NCBI RefSeq assembly: GCF_024700885.2 | Contig: NZ_CP117016.1 | From: Escherichia coli | Lineage (GTDB): Bacteria > Pseudomonadota > Gammaproteobacteria > Enterobacterales > Enterobacteriaceae | Length of the DNA: 64,000 nucleotides | Direction: 5' to 3' (one strand) | Part shown: positions 8,788 to 19,895 of the stretch, in pieces | Numbering within the stretch: the first letter of the stretch is position 1 | How the letters are laid out: every line of letters starts with the position of its first letter | Position numbers and translations under genes: made by a program | Notes under the pieces: model-generated | What the model saw: only the letters and a program-made list of their open reading frames with translations | Told to the model about the DNA's origin: nothing | The model's database searches: none

Positions 8788-11370
8788 ATGAGTAAAATCA
8801 ATATGAAAGAGTCTGCAAGCAAGGATCTATCAGACCACACTCCTATGATGCAGCAATATCTCAAGCTGAAAGCCCAGCATCCCGAGATCCTGCTGTTTTA
8901 CCGGATGGGTGATTTTTATGAACTGTTTTATGACGACGCAAAACGCGCGTCGCAACTGCTGGATATTTCACTGACCAAACGCGGTGCTTCGGCGGGAGAG
9001 CCGATCCCGATGGCGGGGATCCCCTACCATGCGGTGGAAAACTACCTCGCCAAACTGGTGAATCAGGGCGAGTCCGTTGCCATCTGCGAACAAATTGGCG
9101 ATCCGGCGACCAGCAAAGGTCCGGTTGAGCGCAAAGTTGTGCGTATCGTTACGCCAGGCACCATCAGCGATGAAGCCCTGTTGCAGGAGCGTCAGGACAA
9201 CCTGCTGGCGGCTATCTGGCAGGACAGCAAAGGTTTCGGCTACGCGACGCTGGATATCAGTTCCGGGCGTTTTCGCCTGAGCGAACCGGCTGACCGCGAA
9301 ACGATGGCGGCAGAGCTGCAACGCACTAATCCGGCAGAGCTGTTGTATGCAGAAAATTTCGCCGAGATGTCGCTGATTGAAGGTCGTCGCGGACTGCGCC
9401 GTCGCCCGCTATGGGAGTTTGAAATCGACACCGCGCGCCAGCAGTTGAATCTGCAATTTGGCACCCGCGATCTGGTCGGTTTTGGCGTCGAGAACGCGCC
9501 GCGCGGACTTTGTGCTGCCGGTTGTCTGTTGCAGTATGCGAAAGATACCCAACGTACGACTCTGCCGCATATTCGTTCCATCACCATGGAACGTGAGCAG
9601 GACAGCATCATTATGGATGCCGCGACGCGTCGTAATCTGGAAATCACCCAGAACCTGGCGGGTGGTGCGGAAAATACGCTGGCTTCTGTGCTCGACTGCA
9701 CCGTCACGCCGATGGGCAGCCGTATGCTGAAACGCTGGCTGCATATGCCAGTGCGCGATACCCGCGTCTTGCTTGAGCGCCAGCAAACTATTGGCGCATT
9801 GCAGGATTTCACCGCCGAGCTGCAGCCGGTACTGCGTCAGGTCGGCGACCTGGAACGTATTCTGGCGCGTCTGGCTTTACGAACTGCTCGCCCACGCGAT
9901 CTGGCCCGTATGCGTCACGCTTTCCAGCAACTGCCGGAGCTGCGTGCGCTATTAGAAAATGTCGATAGCGCTCCGGTACAGGCGCTGCGTGAAAAAATGG
10001 GCGAGTTTGCCGAGCTGCGCGATCTGCTGGAGCGAGCAATCATCGACACACCGCCAGTGCTGGTACGCGACGGTGGTGTTATCGCACCGGGCTATAACGA
10101 AGAGCTGGATGAGTGGCGCGCGCTGGCTGACGGCGCGACCGATTATCTGGAGCGTCTGGAAGTCCGCGAGCGTGAACGTACTGGCCTGGACACCCTGAAA
10201 GTCGGCTTTAACGCGGTTCATGGTTATTACATTCAGATCAGCCGTGGACAAAGCCATCTGGCACCCATCAATTACATGCGTCGCCAGACGCTGAAAAACG
10301 CCGAGCGCTACATTATTCCAGAGCTAAAAGAGTACGAAGACAAAGTTCTCACTTCAAAAGGCAAAGCACTGGCACTGGAAAAACAGCTTTATGAAGAGTT
10401 GTTCGACCTGCTGTTGCCGCATCTGGAAGCGTTGCAACAGAGCGCGAGCGCGCTGGCGGAACTCGACGTGCTGGTGAACCTGGCAGAACGGGCCTATACG
10501 CTGAACTACACCTGCCCGACCTTTATTGATAAACCGGGTATTCGCATCACCGAAGGCCGCCATCCGGTGGTTGAACAGGTGCTGAATGAGCCGTTTATCG
10601 CCAACCCGCTGAACCTGTCGCCGCAGCGTCGCATGTTGATCATTACCGGTCCGAATATGGGCGGTAAAAGTACCTATATGCGCCAGACCGCACTGATTGC
10701 GCTGATGGCCTACATCGGCAGCTATGTACCGGCACAAAAAGTCGAGATTGGACCTATCGATCGCATCTTTACCCGCGTAGGGGCAGCGGATGATCTGGCA
10801 TCCGGGCGTTCAACCTTTATGGTGGAAATGACCGAAACCGCCAATATTTTACATAACGCCACCGAGTACAGTCTGGTGCTGATGGATGAGATTGGGCGCG
10901 GGACGTCCACTTACGATGGTCTGTCGCTGGCGTGGGCGTGCGCGGAAAATCTGGCGAATAAGATTAAAGCGTTGACACTGTTTGCCACCCACTATTTCGA
11001 GCTGACCCAGTTACCGGAGAAAATGGAAGGCGTCGCCAACGTGCATCTCGATGCGCTGGAGCACGGCGACACCATTGCCTTTATGCACAGCGTGCAGGAT
11101 GGCGCGGCGAGCAAAAGCTACGGCCTGGCGGTTGCAGCTCTGGCAGGCGTGCCAAAAGAGGTTATTAAGCGCGCACGGCAAAAACTGCGTGAGCTGGAAA
11201 GCATTTCGCCGAACGCCGCCGCTACGCAAGTGGATGGTACGCAAATGTCTTTGCTGTCAGTGCCAGAAGAAACGTCGCCTGCGGTCGAGGCACTGGAAAA
11301 CCTCGACCCGGATTCACTGACTCCGCGTCAGGCGCTGGAGTGGATTTATCGCTTGAAGAGTCTGGTGTAA
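8788..11370 (+). CDS. mutS: DNA mismatch repair protein MutS, with a non-K-12 N-terminus
   Basis: 860 aa; near-identical to E. coli MutS from about residue 17 (HTPMMQQYL...). First ~16 residues ([16 protein letters not shown]) differ from the K-12 N-terminus (MSAIENFDA, from memory). Confidence 0.95.
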   Translation: MSKINMKESASKDLSDHTPMMQQYLKLKAQHPEILLFYRMGDFYELFYDDAKRASQLLDISLTKRGASAGEPIPMAGIPYHAVENYLAKLVNQGESVAICEQIGDPATSKGPVERKVVRIVTPGTISDEALLQERQDNLLAAIWQDSKGFGYATLDISSGRFRLSEPADRETMAAELQRTNPAELLYAENFAEMSLIEGRRGLRRRPLWEFEIDTARQQLNLQFGTRDLVGFGVENAPRGLCAAGCLLQYAKDTQRTTLPHIRSITMEREQDSIIMDAATRRNLEITQNLAGGAENTLASVLDCTVTPMGSRMLKRWLHMPVRDTRVLLERQQTIGALQDFTAELQPVLRQVGDLERILARLALRTARPRDLARMRHAFQQLPELRALLENVDSAPVQALREKMGEFAELRDLLERAIIDTPPVLVRDGGVIAPGYNEELDEWRALADGATDYLERLEVRERERTGLDTLKVGFNAVHGYYIQISRGQSHLAPINYMRRQTLKNAERYIIPELKEYEDKVLTSKGKALALEKQLYEELFDLLLPHLEALQQSASALAELDVLVNLAERAYTLNYTCPTFIDKPGIRITEGRHPVVEQVLNEPFIANPLNLSPQRRMLIITGPNMGGKSTYMRQTALIALMAYIGSYVPAQKVEIGPIDRIFTRVGAADDLASGRSTFMVEMTETANILHNATEYSLVLMDEIGRGTSTYDGLSLAWACAENLANKIKALTLFATHYFELTQLPEKMEGVANVHLDALEHGDTIAFMHSVQDGAASKSYGLAVAALAGVPKEVIKRARQKLRELESISPNAAATQVDGTQMSLLSVPEETSPAVEALENLDPDSLTPRQALEWIYRLKSLV

Positions 11371-11376
11371 TAACAA

Positions 11377-11403
11377 TTCCCGATAGTCTTTTGCTATCGG
11401 GAA
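11377..11403. terminator. Hairpin downstream of mutS
   Basis: TTCCCGATAG-tcttttg-CTATCGGGAA inverted repeat. Confidence 0.4.
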
Positions 11404-11475
11404 TATTAACGACAACTGACGAATCAAATAAAAACACCCTGTATAATAGGAAATCTTATTTTACAGGGTAAAACC

Positions 11476-12132
11476 ATGCCATCTACACGCTATCAAAAAA
11501 TTAATGCCCATCACTATCGTTATATATGGGCCGTTGGTGATATTCATGGTGACTATCAATTATTACAATCCCGCTTACATCAACTCTCTTTTTGCCCTGA
11601 AACCGACTTACTTATTTCTGTCGGCGATAATATTGATCGTGGGCCGGAGAGTCTTAACGTACTACGCCTGTTAAACCAGCCCTGGTTTACATCGGTTAAA
11701 GGCAACCATGAAGCGATGGCGCTTGATGCATTCGAAACTGGCGATGGAAATATGTGGCTTGCCAGCGGCGGCGACTGGTTCTTTGAATTAAATGAGACGG
11801 AACAACAAGAAGCAATAAATCTGTTGCTGAAATTTCATCGCCTTCCACATATTATTGAAATCACTAACGATATAATAAAATATGTCATCGCACATGCAGA
11901 TTATCCGGGGAATGAATATCTCTTTGGCAAAGAAATAGCGGAGAGAGAACTACTCTGGCCTGTTGATCGTGTGCAGAAATCGCTTAATGGCGAGTTACAA
12001 CAAATAAACGGCGCTGATTATTTTATATTTGGACATATGATGTTTGATAACATTCAGACGTTCGCAAACCAGATTTATATTGATACCGGATCGCCGAAAA
12101 GCGGGCGGCTGTCATTTTATAAAATAAAGTAG
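11476..12132 (+). CDS. pphB: Serine/threonine protein phosphatase 2
   Basis: 218 aa, metallophosphatase motifs GDIHGD, GDNIDRG, GNHE; position after mutS as in K-12. Confidence 0.9.
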   Translation: MPSTRYQKINAHHYRYIWAVGDIHGDYQLLQSRLHQLSFCPETDLLISVGDNIDRGPESLNVLRLLNQPWFTSVKGNHEAMALDAFETGDGNMWLASGGDWFFELNETEQQEAINLLLKFHRLPHIIEITNDIIKYVIAHADYPGNEYLFGKEIAERELLWPVDRVQKSLNGELQQINGADYFIFGHMMFDNIQTFANQIYIDTGSPKSGRLSFYKIK

Positions 12133-12133
12133 T

Positions 12134-12159
12134 CTCATGCTTCTTCTGTGAAGCATGAG
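12134..12159. terminator. Bidirectional hairpin between pphB and ygbI
   Basis: CTCATGCTTC-ttctgt-GAAGCATGAG perfect inverted repeat. Confidence 0.4.
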
Positions 12160-12182
12160 TAACCCGGTGTTATTGCAGGCCA

Positions 12183-12980
12183 TTATTCATTTTTCGCTAC
12201 CAGCAAAGAGAGATCCTGCTTCGCCAGCGCGCGACTGGCACTCTCCGGCAAACCGTCGTCTGTAATAATCTGATCAAACTCGCTTAATGGTAACGCCAGC
12301 CATGTCGCCACCTGACCATATTTCGTCGCATCACAGACCAAAACTCGCTGGCGGCTGGCACTGGCAATCGCCCGTTTCACCGTGACTTTATCTTCCGCTG
12401 GCGTAGAAATCCCCCGCACACTCCATGACGATGCAGAAATAAAAGCCTGATCAATCATCAGGCTGCGCAGCATGGTCGCAGCGGCTTCCCCGACACAGGA
12501 ACGGTTTTCCCGACACACTGCACCGCCAGTGTGAATAATTGTGCAATTACTGTTGTCGAGCAAGTAGTCCGCAATAACGAAATCGTTTGTGACCACAGTC
12601 AGTGACTCCATGTGAATCAGATGCTGTGCTATCGCTAGCGTGGTCGTTCCCGCATCCAGATAGATACAACTTCCCGGCTGAACAAGACTTGCCGCCAGCT
12701 TGCCAATAGCCGCTTTTTGCGTCATTGCCAGCGCAGTTTTTACCTGATGAGAAGGTTCATGCGCCACGCGTCCCGGAGACTGGACGCCTCCGGACACCAG
12801 CACAACGGCTCCCTGCTGCTCCAGTTTTTGTAAATCCCGACGAATGGTCATATGTGACACATTCATTCTGTCCGTTAGTTCAGCAATACTGACAATGCCT
12901 TTTTCAGCTACCATCTCAAGGATGATTTGGCGACGCTCTACGGGTATCAACTTTTGCTCCTTCCTTTGTCCTGCTGACAT
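12183..12980 (-). CDS. ygbI: DeoR-family transcriptional regulator
   Basis: N-terminal HTH (MNVSHMTIRRDLQKLE) plus sugar-binding domain; ORF start may be over-extended by ~10 codons. Confidence 0.85.
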   Translation of the reverse strand: MSAGQRKEQKLIPVERRQIILEMVAEKGIVSIAELTDRMNVSHMTIRRDLQKLEQQGAVVLVSGGVQSPGRVAHEPSHQVKTALAMTQKAAIGKLAASLVQPGSCIYLDAGTTTLAIAQHLIHMESLTVVTNDFVIADYLLDNSNCTIIHTGGAVCRENRSCVGEAAATMLRSLMIDQAFISASSWSVRGISTPAEDKVTVKRAIASASRQRVLVCDATKYGQVATWLALPLSEFDQIITDDGLPESASRALAKQDLSLLVAKNE

Positions 12981-13145
12981 TCTACGCTATTTGCCTGCGA
13001 AACGTGCGCGGCGCAACTAACGCTTAGTTCACATAAAATAACACACAATGTTAATTTTTGTGAATCAGCTCACCATATCGTTATCTTTCAGCGCTTATAT
13101 TCACAATATCAAACAAAATATCACTTAAATTAACAAGGAGAGCAG

Positions 13146-14054
13146 ATGAAAACGGGATCTGAGTTTCATGTCGGTATCGTTGGCTTAGGGTCAATGGGAA
13201 TGGGAGCAGCACTGTCATGTGTCCGCGCAGGTCTTTCTACCTGGGGCGCAGACCTGAACAGCAATGCCTGCGCTACGTTGAAAGAGGCAGGTGCTTGCGG
13301 GGTTTCTGATAACGCCGCGACGTTTGCCGAAAAACTGGACGCTCTGCTGGTGCTGGTGGTCAATGCGGCCCAGGTTAAACAGGTGCTGTTTGGTGAAACA
13401 GGCGTTGCACAACATCTGAAACCCGGTACGGCAGTAATGGTTTCTTCCACTATCGCTAGTGCTGATGCGCAAGAAATTGCTACCGCTCTGGCTGGATTCG
13501 ATCTGGAAATGCTGGATGCGCCAGTTTCTGGTGGTGCAGTAAAAGCCGCTAACGGTGAAATGACTGTCATGGCCTCCGGTAGCGATATTGCCTTTGAACG
13601 ACTGGCACCCGTGCTGGAAGCCGTTGCCGGAAAAGTTTATCGCATAGGTGCAGAACCGGGACTAGGTTCGACCGTAAAAATTATTCACCAGTTGTTAGCG
13701 GGCGTACATATTGCTGCCGGAGCCGAAGCGATGGCACTTGCAGCCCGTGCGGGGATCCCGCTGGATGTGATGTATGACGTCGTGACCAATGCCGCCGGAA
13801 ATTCCTGGATGTTCGAAAACCGGATGCGTCATGTGGTGGATGGCGATTACACCCCGCATTCAGCCGTCGATATTTTTGTTAAGGATCTTGGTCTGGTTGC
13901 CGATACAGCCAAAGCCCTGCACTTCCCGCTGCCATTGGCCTCAACAGCATTGAATATGTTCACCAGCGCCAGTAACGCGGGTTACGGGAAAGAAGACGAT
14001 AGCGCAGTTATCAAGATTTTCTCTGGCATCACTCTACCGGGAGCGAAATCATGA
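13146..14054 (+). CDS. ygbJ: 3-hydroxyisobutyrate dehydrogenase-family oxidoreductase (L-threonate dehydrogenase)
   Basis: 302 aa, Rossmann GLGSMG motif; synteny with ygbK. Confidence 0.85.
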   Translation: MKTGSEFHVGIVGLGSMGMGAALSCVRAGLSTWGADLNSNACATLKEAGACGVSDNAATFAEKLDALLVLVVNAAQVKQVLFGETGVAQHLKPGTAVMVSSTIASADAQEIATALAGFDLEMLDAPVSGGAVKAANGEMTVMASGSDIAFERLAPVLEAVAGKVYRIGAEPGLGSTVKIIHQLLAGVHIAAGAEAMALAARAGIPLDVMYDVVTNAAGNSWMFENRMRHVVDGDYTPHSAVDIFVKDLGLVADTAKALHFPLPLASTALNMFTSASNAGYGKEDDSAVIKIFSGITLPGAKS

Positions 14055-15313
14055 TCAAGATTGGCGTTATCGCCGATGATTTTACCGGCGCGACGGATAT
14101 CGCCAGTTTTCTGGTGGAAAACGGTCTACCAACGGTACAAATTAACGGTGTTCCAACAGGTAAAATGCCGGAAGCAATCGACGCACTGGTGATCAGCCTG
14201 AAAACGCGTTCCTGTCCGGTGGTTGAAGCCACACAGCAATCGCTGGCGGCTCTGAGCTGGTTGCAACAGCAAGGTTGCAAACAGATCTATTTCAAATACT
14301 GCTCTACTTTCGACAGTACGGCGAAAGGTAATATCGGCCCGGTTACCGATGCATTAATGGATGCTCTCGACACGCCGTTTACGGTCTTCTCTCCGGCCCT
14401 GCCGGTCAACGGACGTACGGTTTATCAGGGGTATTTGTTCGTAATGAATCAACTGCTGGCCGAATCTGGGATGCGCCATCACCCGGTAAATCCCATGACC
14501 GACAGCTATCTTCCCCGTCTGGTTGAAGCGCAATCCACAGGGCGCTGCGGCGTCGTTTCGGCACATGTTTTCGAACAAGGTGTGGATGCCGTTCGTCAAG
14601 AGCTGGCTCGCTTACAGCAAGAGGGCTACCGCTACGCGGTGCTTGATGCGCTGACCGAACACCATCTGGAAATTCAGGGAGAAGCCTTGCGCGATGCCCC
14701 ACTGGTAACGGGCGGTTCTGGTCTGGCGATTGGCCTTGCCCGGCAGTGGGCGCAAGAAAACGGTAACCAGGCTCGCAAAGCAGGGCATCCGCTCGCTGGG
14801 CGCGGCGTAGTGCTCTCCGGTTCATGCTCTCAAATGACCAACCGCCAGGTAGCACATTACCGTCAAATTGCACCAGCCCGTGAAGTTGATGTGGCACGCT
14901 GCCTCTCAATTGAAACTCTGGCCGCTTATGCACACGAACTGGCAGAGTGGGTTCTGGGCCAGGAAAGTGTACTTGCTCCACTGGTTTTTGCCACCGCCAG
15001 CACTGACGCATTGGCAGCAATTCAACAGCAATACGGTGCACAAAAAGCCAGTCAGGCAGTAGAAACACTGTTTTCTCAACTAGCGACGCGGTTAGCCGCG
15101 GAAGGCGTGACACGCTTTATTGTCGCAGGCGGTGAGACCTCCGGCGTAGTCACACAGAGCCTGGGAATAAAAGGGTTTCATATTGGCCCAACCATTTCCC
15201 CCGGCGTGCCGTGGGTAAACGCACTGGATAAGCCTGTCTCACTCGCCCTTAAATCTGGCAACTTCGGTGATGAAGCCTTTTTTTCACGAGCCCAAAGAGA
15301 GTTTTTATCATGA
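14051..15313 (+). CDS. ygbK: Four-carbon acid sugar kinase (3-oxo-tetronate kinase)
   Basis: 420 aa; 4-nt overlap with ygbJ; K-12 synteny. Confidence 0.85.
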   Translation: MIKIGVIADDFTGATDIASFLVENGLPTVQINGVPTGKMPEAIDALVISLKTRSCPVVEATQQSLAALSWLQQQGCKQIYFKYCSTFDSTAKGNIGPVTDALMDALDTPFTVFSPALPVNGRTVYQGYLFVMNQLLAESGMRHHPVNPMTDSYLPRLVEAQSTGRCGVVSAHVFEQGVDAVRQELARLQQEGYRYAVLDALTEHHLEIQGEALRDAPLVTGGSGLAIGLARQWAQENGNQARKAGHPLAGRGVVLSGSCSQMTNRQVAHYRQIAPAREVDVARCLSIETLAAYAHELAEWVLGQESVLAPLVFATASTDALAAIQQQYGAQKASQAVETLFSQLATRLAAEGVTRFIVAGGETSGVVTQSLGIKGFHIGPTISPGVPWVNALDKPVSLALKSGNFGDEAFFSRAQREFLS

Positions 15314-15948
15314 GCGATTTCGCAAAAGTAGAGCAGTCTTTGCGAGAGGAGATGACGCGGATTGCCAGTTCATTCTTTCAGCGCGGCTATGCAACCGGTT
15401 CGGCTGGCAATCTGTCGCTGCTTTTACCTGACGGGAATTTACTGGCGACACCGACAGGTTCATGCCTGGGCAATCTCGATCCGCAGCGGCTTTCCAAAGT
15501 CGCCGCGGATGGCGAATGGTTAAGTGGTGACAAACCCTCGAAAGAGGTGCTCTTTCATCTGGCGCTGTATCGCAACAATCCGCGCTGTAAAGCGGTGGTG
15601 CATTTGCACAGCACATGGTCGACGGCGCTTTCCTGCCTGCAAGGGCTGGACAGCAGCAACGTTATTCGTCCGTTCACACCATACGTGGTGATGCGGATGG
15701 GAAATATCCCGCTGGTGCCTTATTACCGACCGGGCGATAAACGCATCGCACAGGATCTGGCGGAACTGGCAGCAGACAATCAGGCTTTTTTACTGGCAAA
15801 TCATGGCCCAGTGGTTTGCGGTGAAAGCCTGCAAGAAGCCGCCAACAATATGGAAGAGCTGGAGGAAACGGCAAAGCTGATTTTTATTCTCGGTGACCGC
15901 CCGATCCGTTATCTGACCGCAGGTGAAATTGCGGAATTAAGGAGTTAA
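15310..15948 (+). CDS. ygbL: Class II aldolase/adducin-family protein (3-oxo-tetronate 4-phosphate decarboxylase)
   Basis: 212 aa; overlaps ygbK stop; K-12 synteny. Confidence 0.85.
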
Positions 15949-15952
15949 TGCA

Positions 15953-16729
15953 ATGCCTCGTTTTGCAGCTAATTTATCCATGATGTTCACCGAAGTGCCT
16001 TTTATTGAACGCTTCGCCGCAGCGCGAAAAGCCGGGTTCGATGCTGTGGAATTTCTGTTTCCCTATAACTACTCCACCCTGCAAATCCAAAAGCAACTGG
16101 AGCAAAACCATCTGACACTGGCGCTGTTCAATACCGCTCCCGGAGATATTAATGCGGGGGAATGGGGATTATCCGCCCTTCCCGGACGTGAGCACGAAGC
16201 ACACGCAGACATCGACCTGGCACTGGAATATGCATTGGCGCTCAATTGTGAACAAGTCCATGTGATGGCAGGCGTCGTGCCCGCTGGCGAAGATGCTGAA
16301 CGGTACAGGGCAGTATTTATCGATAATATCCGCTACGCTGCCGACCGCTTTGCACCACACGGCAAGCGAATATTAGTTGAAGCACTCAGCCCCGGCGTTA
16401 AGCCTCATTATCTCTTCTCCAGCCAGTATCAGGCACTGGCTATTGTTGAAGAAGTTGCGCGAGATAACGTGTTTATTCAACTAGATACTTTTCATGCGCA
16501 AAAAGTAGATGGCAACCTGACGCATTTAATCCGCGACTACGCCGGGAAATATGCGCACGTACAAATTGCCGGACTACCTGATCGACATGAACCGGACGAT
16601 GGAGAAATCAACTATCCGTGGCTGTTCCGCCTGTTCGATGAGGTGGGATATCAGGGCTGGATCGGTTGTGAATATAAACCTCGTGGCCTCACCGAAGAAG
16701 GGCTTGGCTGGTTTGACGCCTGGCGCTAA
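15953..16729 (+). CDS. ygbM: Hydroxypyruvate isomerase-like TIM-barrel protein
   Basis: 258 aa; K-12 synteny. Confidence 0.85.
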
Positions 16730-16817
16730 TTCGTTAAATCCCTAATTACAACGTACCCATACATCCCCCCATCTACGGATGGGGTAGGTTAACTATAACT
16801 TTCAGACAGGGTTTCCC

Positions 16818-18182
16818 ATGTCCACAATTACATTGTTATGCATTGCGTTAACTGGCGTAATCATGCTGTTGCTGCTGGTCATCAAGGCAAAGGTACAACC
16901 ATTCGTTGCTCTGCTCCTCGTCAGCCTGTTAGTCGCACTTGCGGCGGGTATACCAGCGGGCGAAGTGGGTAAAGTGATGATCGCCGGGATGGGCGGTGTG
17001 CTTGGTTCCGTCACTATTATTATTGGTCTGGGCGCTATGCTGGGGCGTATGATCGAACACTCTGGTGGTGCAGAGTCACTGGCTAATTATTTCAGTCGCA
17101 AGTTAGGTGACAAACGAACTATCGCTGCGCTGACTCTGGCAGCGTTCTTCCTCGGTATTCCCGTCTTCTTTGATGTCGGCTTTATTATTCTTGCGCCAAT
17201 CATTTACGGTTTTGCCAAGGTTGCCAAAATATCGCCACTCAAATTTGGCCTGCCTGTCGCTGGAATCATGCTAACTGTTCATGTGGCGGTACCGCCGCAT
17301 CCAGGCCCTGTCGCCGCAGCGGGGTTACTCCACGCAGACATCGGCTGGCTAACCATCATCGGTATTGCGATTTCTATTCCAGCAGGGATTGTTGGCTACT
17401 TTGCAGCGAAAATAATCAATAAGCGCCAATATGCGATGTCGGTGGAAGTACTGGAACAGATGCAACTGGCTCCGGCCAGTGAGGAAGGCGCGACAAAATT
17501 AAGCGATAAAATAAATCCACCGGGCGTCGCGCTGGTCACCTCGCTAATTGTTATTCCTATCGCGATTATCATGGCGGGTACGGTTTCCGCAACACTGATG
17601 CCGCCTTCGCATCCCCTGCTTGGTACGCTACAGCTGATCGGCTCACCAATGGTAGCTCTAATGATTGCGCTGGTGCTGGCATTCTGGTTATTGGCTTTAC
17701 GTCGCGGCTGGAGCTTACAACACACCAGCGACATTATGGGCTCAGCCCTTCCCACTGCGGCGGTAGTGATTTTGGTTACTGGTGCTGGAGGGGTATTTGG
17801 CAAAGTGCTGGTGGAATCGGGCGTCGGCAAAGCCCTTGCCAACATGCTACAAATGATTGACCTGCCTCTGTTACCAGCCGCATTTATTATTTCACTGGCG
17901 CTGCGTGCATCGCAGGGGTCAGCAACCGTAGCAATCCTGACAACCGGCGGGTTACTCTCAGAAGCGGTGATGGGATTGAATCCGATTCAGTGCGTATTGG
18001 TGACGCTGGCAGCCTGCTTTGGTGGGCTTGGCGCGTCACATATTAATGACTCAGGGTTCTGGATTGTGACCAAATATCTGGGGTTGTCGGTAGCAGACGG
18101 TCTGAAAACCTGGACAGTGTTAACGACCATTCTCGGTTTTACCGGATTCTTAATTACCTGGTGCGTATGGGCGGTAATTTGA
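16818..18182 (+). CDS. ygbN: GntP-family permease
   Basis: 454 aa polytopic membrane protein; K-12 synteny. Confidence 0.85.
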   Translation: MSTITLLCIALTGVIMLLLLVIKAKVQPFVALLLVSLLVALAAGIPAGEVGKVMIAGMGGVLGSVTIIIGLGAMLGRMIEHSGGAESLANYFSRKLGDKRTIAALTLAAFFLGIPVFFDVGFIILAPIIYGFAKVAKISPLKFGLPVAGIMLTVHVAVPPHPGPVAAAGLLHADIGWLTIIGIAISIPAGIVGYFAAKIINKRQYAMSVEVLEQMQLAPASEEGATKLSDKINPPGVALVTSLIVIPIAIIMAGTVSATLMPPSHPLLGTLQLIGSPMVALMIALVLAFWLLALRRGWSLQHTSDIMGSALPTAAVVILVTGAGGVFGKVLVESGVGKALANMLQMIDLPLLPAAFIISLALRASQGSATVAILTTGGLLSEAVMGLNPIQCVLVTLAACFGGLGASHINDSGFWIVTKYLGLSVADGLKTWTVLTTILGFTGFLITWCVWAVI

Positions 18183-18190
18183 CCTTAATA

Positions 18191-18220
18191 AAAAGGTCCG
18201 ATGGGCATCGGACCTTTTAT
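18191..18220. terminator. Bidirectional rho-independent terminator between ygbN and the decarboxylase operon
   Basis: AGGTCCGATG-gg-CATCGGACCT hairpin with A-tract before and T-tract after. Confidence 0.5.
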
Positions 18221-18457
18221 TTAGCGCTTACCTTCCGCCAGCAGCGGCGGGATGCTCGGCACCATCGGCGCGTCATCAATATCTTTCTGCGTCATGCGGA
18301 ACGCTTCGGGATAATGTTCGCGGCTGGTGCGGCGTAGCGGTTCGGTATCGCGCCAGGTATAGAGGCAATGCTGGCACTGATAGATCGTCCAGACATCTTT
18401 TACCGGCGATTTCGCCATCACTTCAATCTGTTCATCAGCACAACGTGGACAAATCAT
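18221..18457 (-). CDS. Small zinc-ribbon subunit of hydroxyarylic acid decarboxylase (BsdD/EcdD-like)
   Basis: 78 aa with CPRC...CQHC cysteine pairs; directly downstream of the UbiD-family gene. Confidence 0.7.
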   Translation of the reverse strand: MICPRCADEQIEVMAKSPVKDVWTIYQCQHCLYTWRDTEPLRRTSREHYPEAFRMTQKDIDDAPMVPSIPPLLAEGKR

Positions 18458-18467
18458 CTTGTTCTCC

Positions 18468-19895
18468 TTATTTACGTGCGGCCAGCATAGCGGTCAGTTT
18501 TTCAGCCCAGGCTTTGGTTTCCGGTAAATCCACCACCGGCTGGCTGTAGTGACCACGGTTGTCCGGGGCGACAGGCGTGGTGGCGTCGATAATCAGCTTG
18601 TCGGTGATACCGGCCGGGCTTGAGCCGGGGTCGAGTTCCAGCACGGACATATTCGGCAACTGCACCAAATCCCCTGCCGGGTTCACTTTCGAAGAGAGCG
18701 CCCACATCACCTGCGGCAGGTTGAACGGATCAACGTCTTCATCGACCATAATCACCATCTTCACGTAGCCCAGACCGTGTGGCGTGGTCATCGCACGCAG
18801 GCCCACCGCGCGGGCAAAGCCACCGTAGCGTTTTTTGGTGGAGATAATCGCCAGCAGGCCGTGGGTGTACATGGCGTTCACCGCCTGCACTTCCGGGAAC
18901 TCGGCTTTCAGTTGCTGATACAGCGGCACGCAGGTGGCTGGCCCCATCAGGTAGTCGATTTCTGTCCACGGCATGCCGAGGTACAGCGATTCGAAAATCG
19001 GCCTGGTGCGGTAAGAGACTTTATCGATACGCACCACGGTCATGTTACGCCCGCCGGAGTAGTGCCCGGTAAACTCACCGAACGGCCCTTCGATTTCGCG
19101 TTTACGGCTTTCGATGACCCCTTCGAGGATCACCTCCGAGCCCCACGGCACATCAAAACCGGTCAATGGCGCGGTGGCGATCGGATACGGGCTTTCGCGC
19201 AGCGCGCCTGCCATTTCATACTCAGACTGATCGTATTTCAGCGGCGTGGCCCCCATCAGGGTGATGATCGGATCGTTACCGAGCGTGATTGCAATCGGCA
19301 GATCTTCACCGCGCTCTTCTGCTTTATGCAGATGCAGGGCGATATCGTGCATCGGCACCGGTTGCAGGCCGAGCTTACGCTTGCCCTTCACTTCCATGCG
19401 GTAGATGCCGACGTTCTGCTTGCCGAAGTTATCCGGATCAAGCGGATCGCGGGAAACCACGCACGCTTTGTCGAGATAGAAACCGCCATCGCCATCGTTT
19501 AAACGAAACAGCGGCAGGATATCGAACAGGTTGATCTCGTCGCCATCGACGGTGTTCTGCGCCCAGGCTGGATTGGCGCGGCGCTCCGGGGCAATCGGGA
19601 AGTTATCCCAGCGGCGGATAAACTCATCAATCTGCTTTTTGACCGGGGTGTTTGGCGGCAGGCCGAGGGAAATCGCGTGGTTCTGCCAGGAACCGATGGT
19701 ATTCATCGCCACACGGGCATCGGTAAAGCCGCGAATATTATCAAACCACAGCGCGGGCGCGCCGTCGCCGATACGCCCGGTGGCGTTAGCTGCTGCTGCC
19801 AGATCCGGTTCCGCGTTCACCTCTTCGCTGATTTTCAGTAACTGTCCGTGGTCATCAAGCGCCTGTAAAAAGCTGCGTAAATCATCAAATGCCAT
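18468..19895 (-). CDS. UbiD-family (prenyl-FMN-dependent) aromatic acid decarboxylase subunit
   Basis: 475 aa; UbiD-like throughout; overlaps upstream UbiX-like gene by 1 nt. Confidence 0.85.
   Translation of the reverse strand: MAFDDLRSFLQALDDHGQLLKISEEVNAEPDLAAAANATGRIGDGAPALWFDNIRGFTDARVAMNTIGSWQNHAISLGLPPNTPVKKQIDEFIRRWDNFPIAPERRANPAWAQNTVDGDEINLFDILPLFRLNDGDGGFYLDKACVVSRDPLDPDNFGKQNVGIYRMEVKGKRKLGLQPVPMHDIALHLHKAEERGEDLPIAITLGNDPIITLMGATPLKYDQSEYEMAGALRESPYPIATAPLTGFDVPWGSEVILEGVIESRKREIEGPFGEFTGHYSGGRNMTVVRIDKVSYRTRPIFESLYLGMPWTEIDYLMGPATCVPLYQQLKAEFPEVQAVNAMYTHGLLAIISTKKRYGGFARAVGLRAMTTPHGLGYVKMVIMVDEDVDPFNLPQVMWALSSKVNPAGDLVQLPNMSVLELDPGSSPAGITDKLIIDATTPVAPDNRGHYSQPVVDLPETKAWAEKLTAMLAARK

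Noticed and set aside
8968-11437. Multiple 60-190-aa ORFs on both strands inside mutS
   Set aside because: Shadow ORFs within a highly conserved gene; mutS is the real coding frame.
18777-19502. 241-aa plus-strand ORF antisense to the UbiD-family gene
   Set aside because: Shadow ORF with His/Arg-rich, compositionally odd translation.
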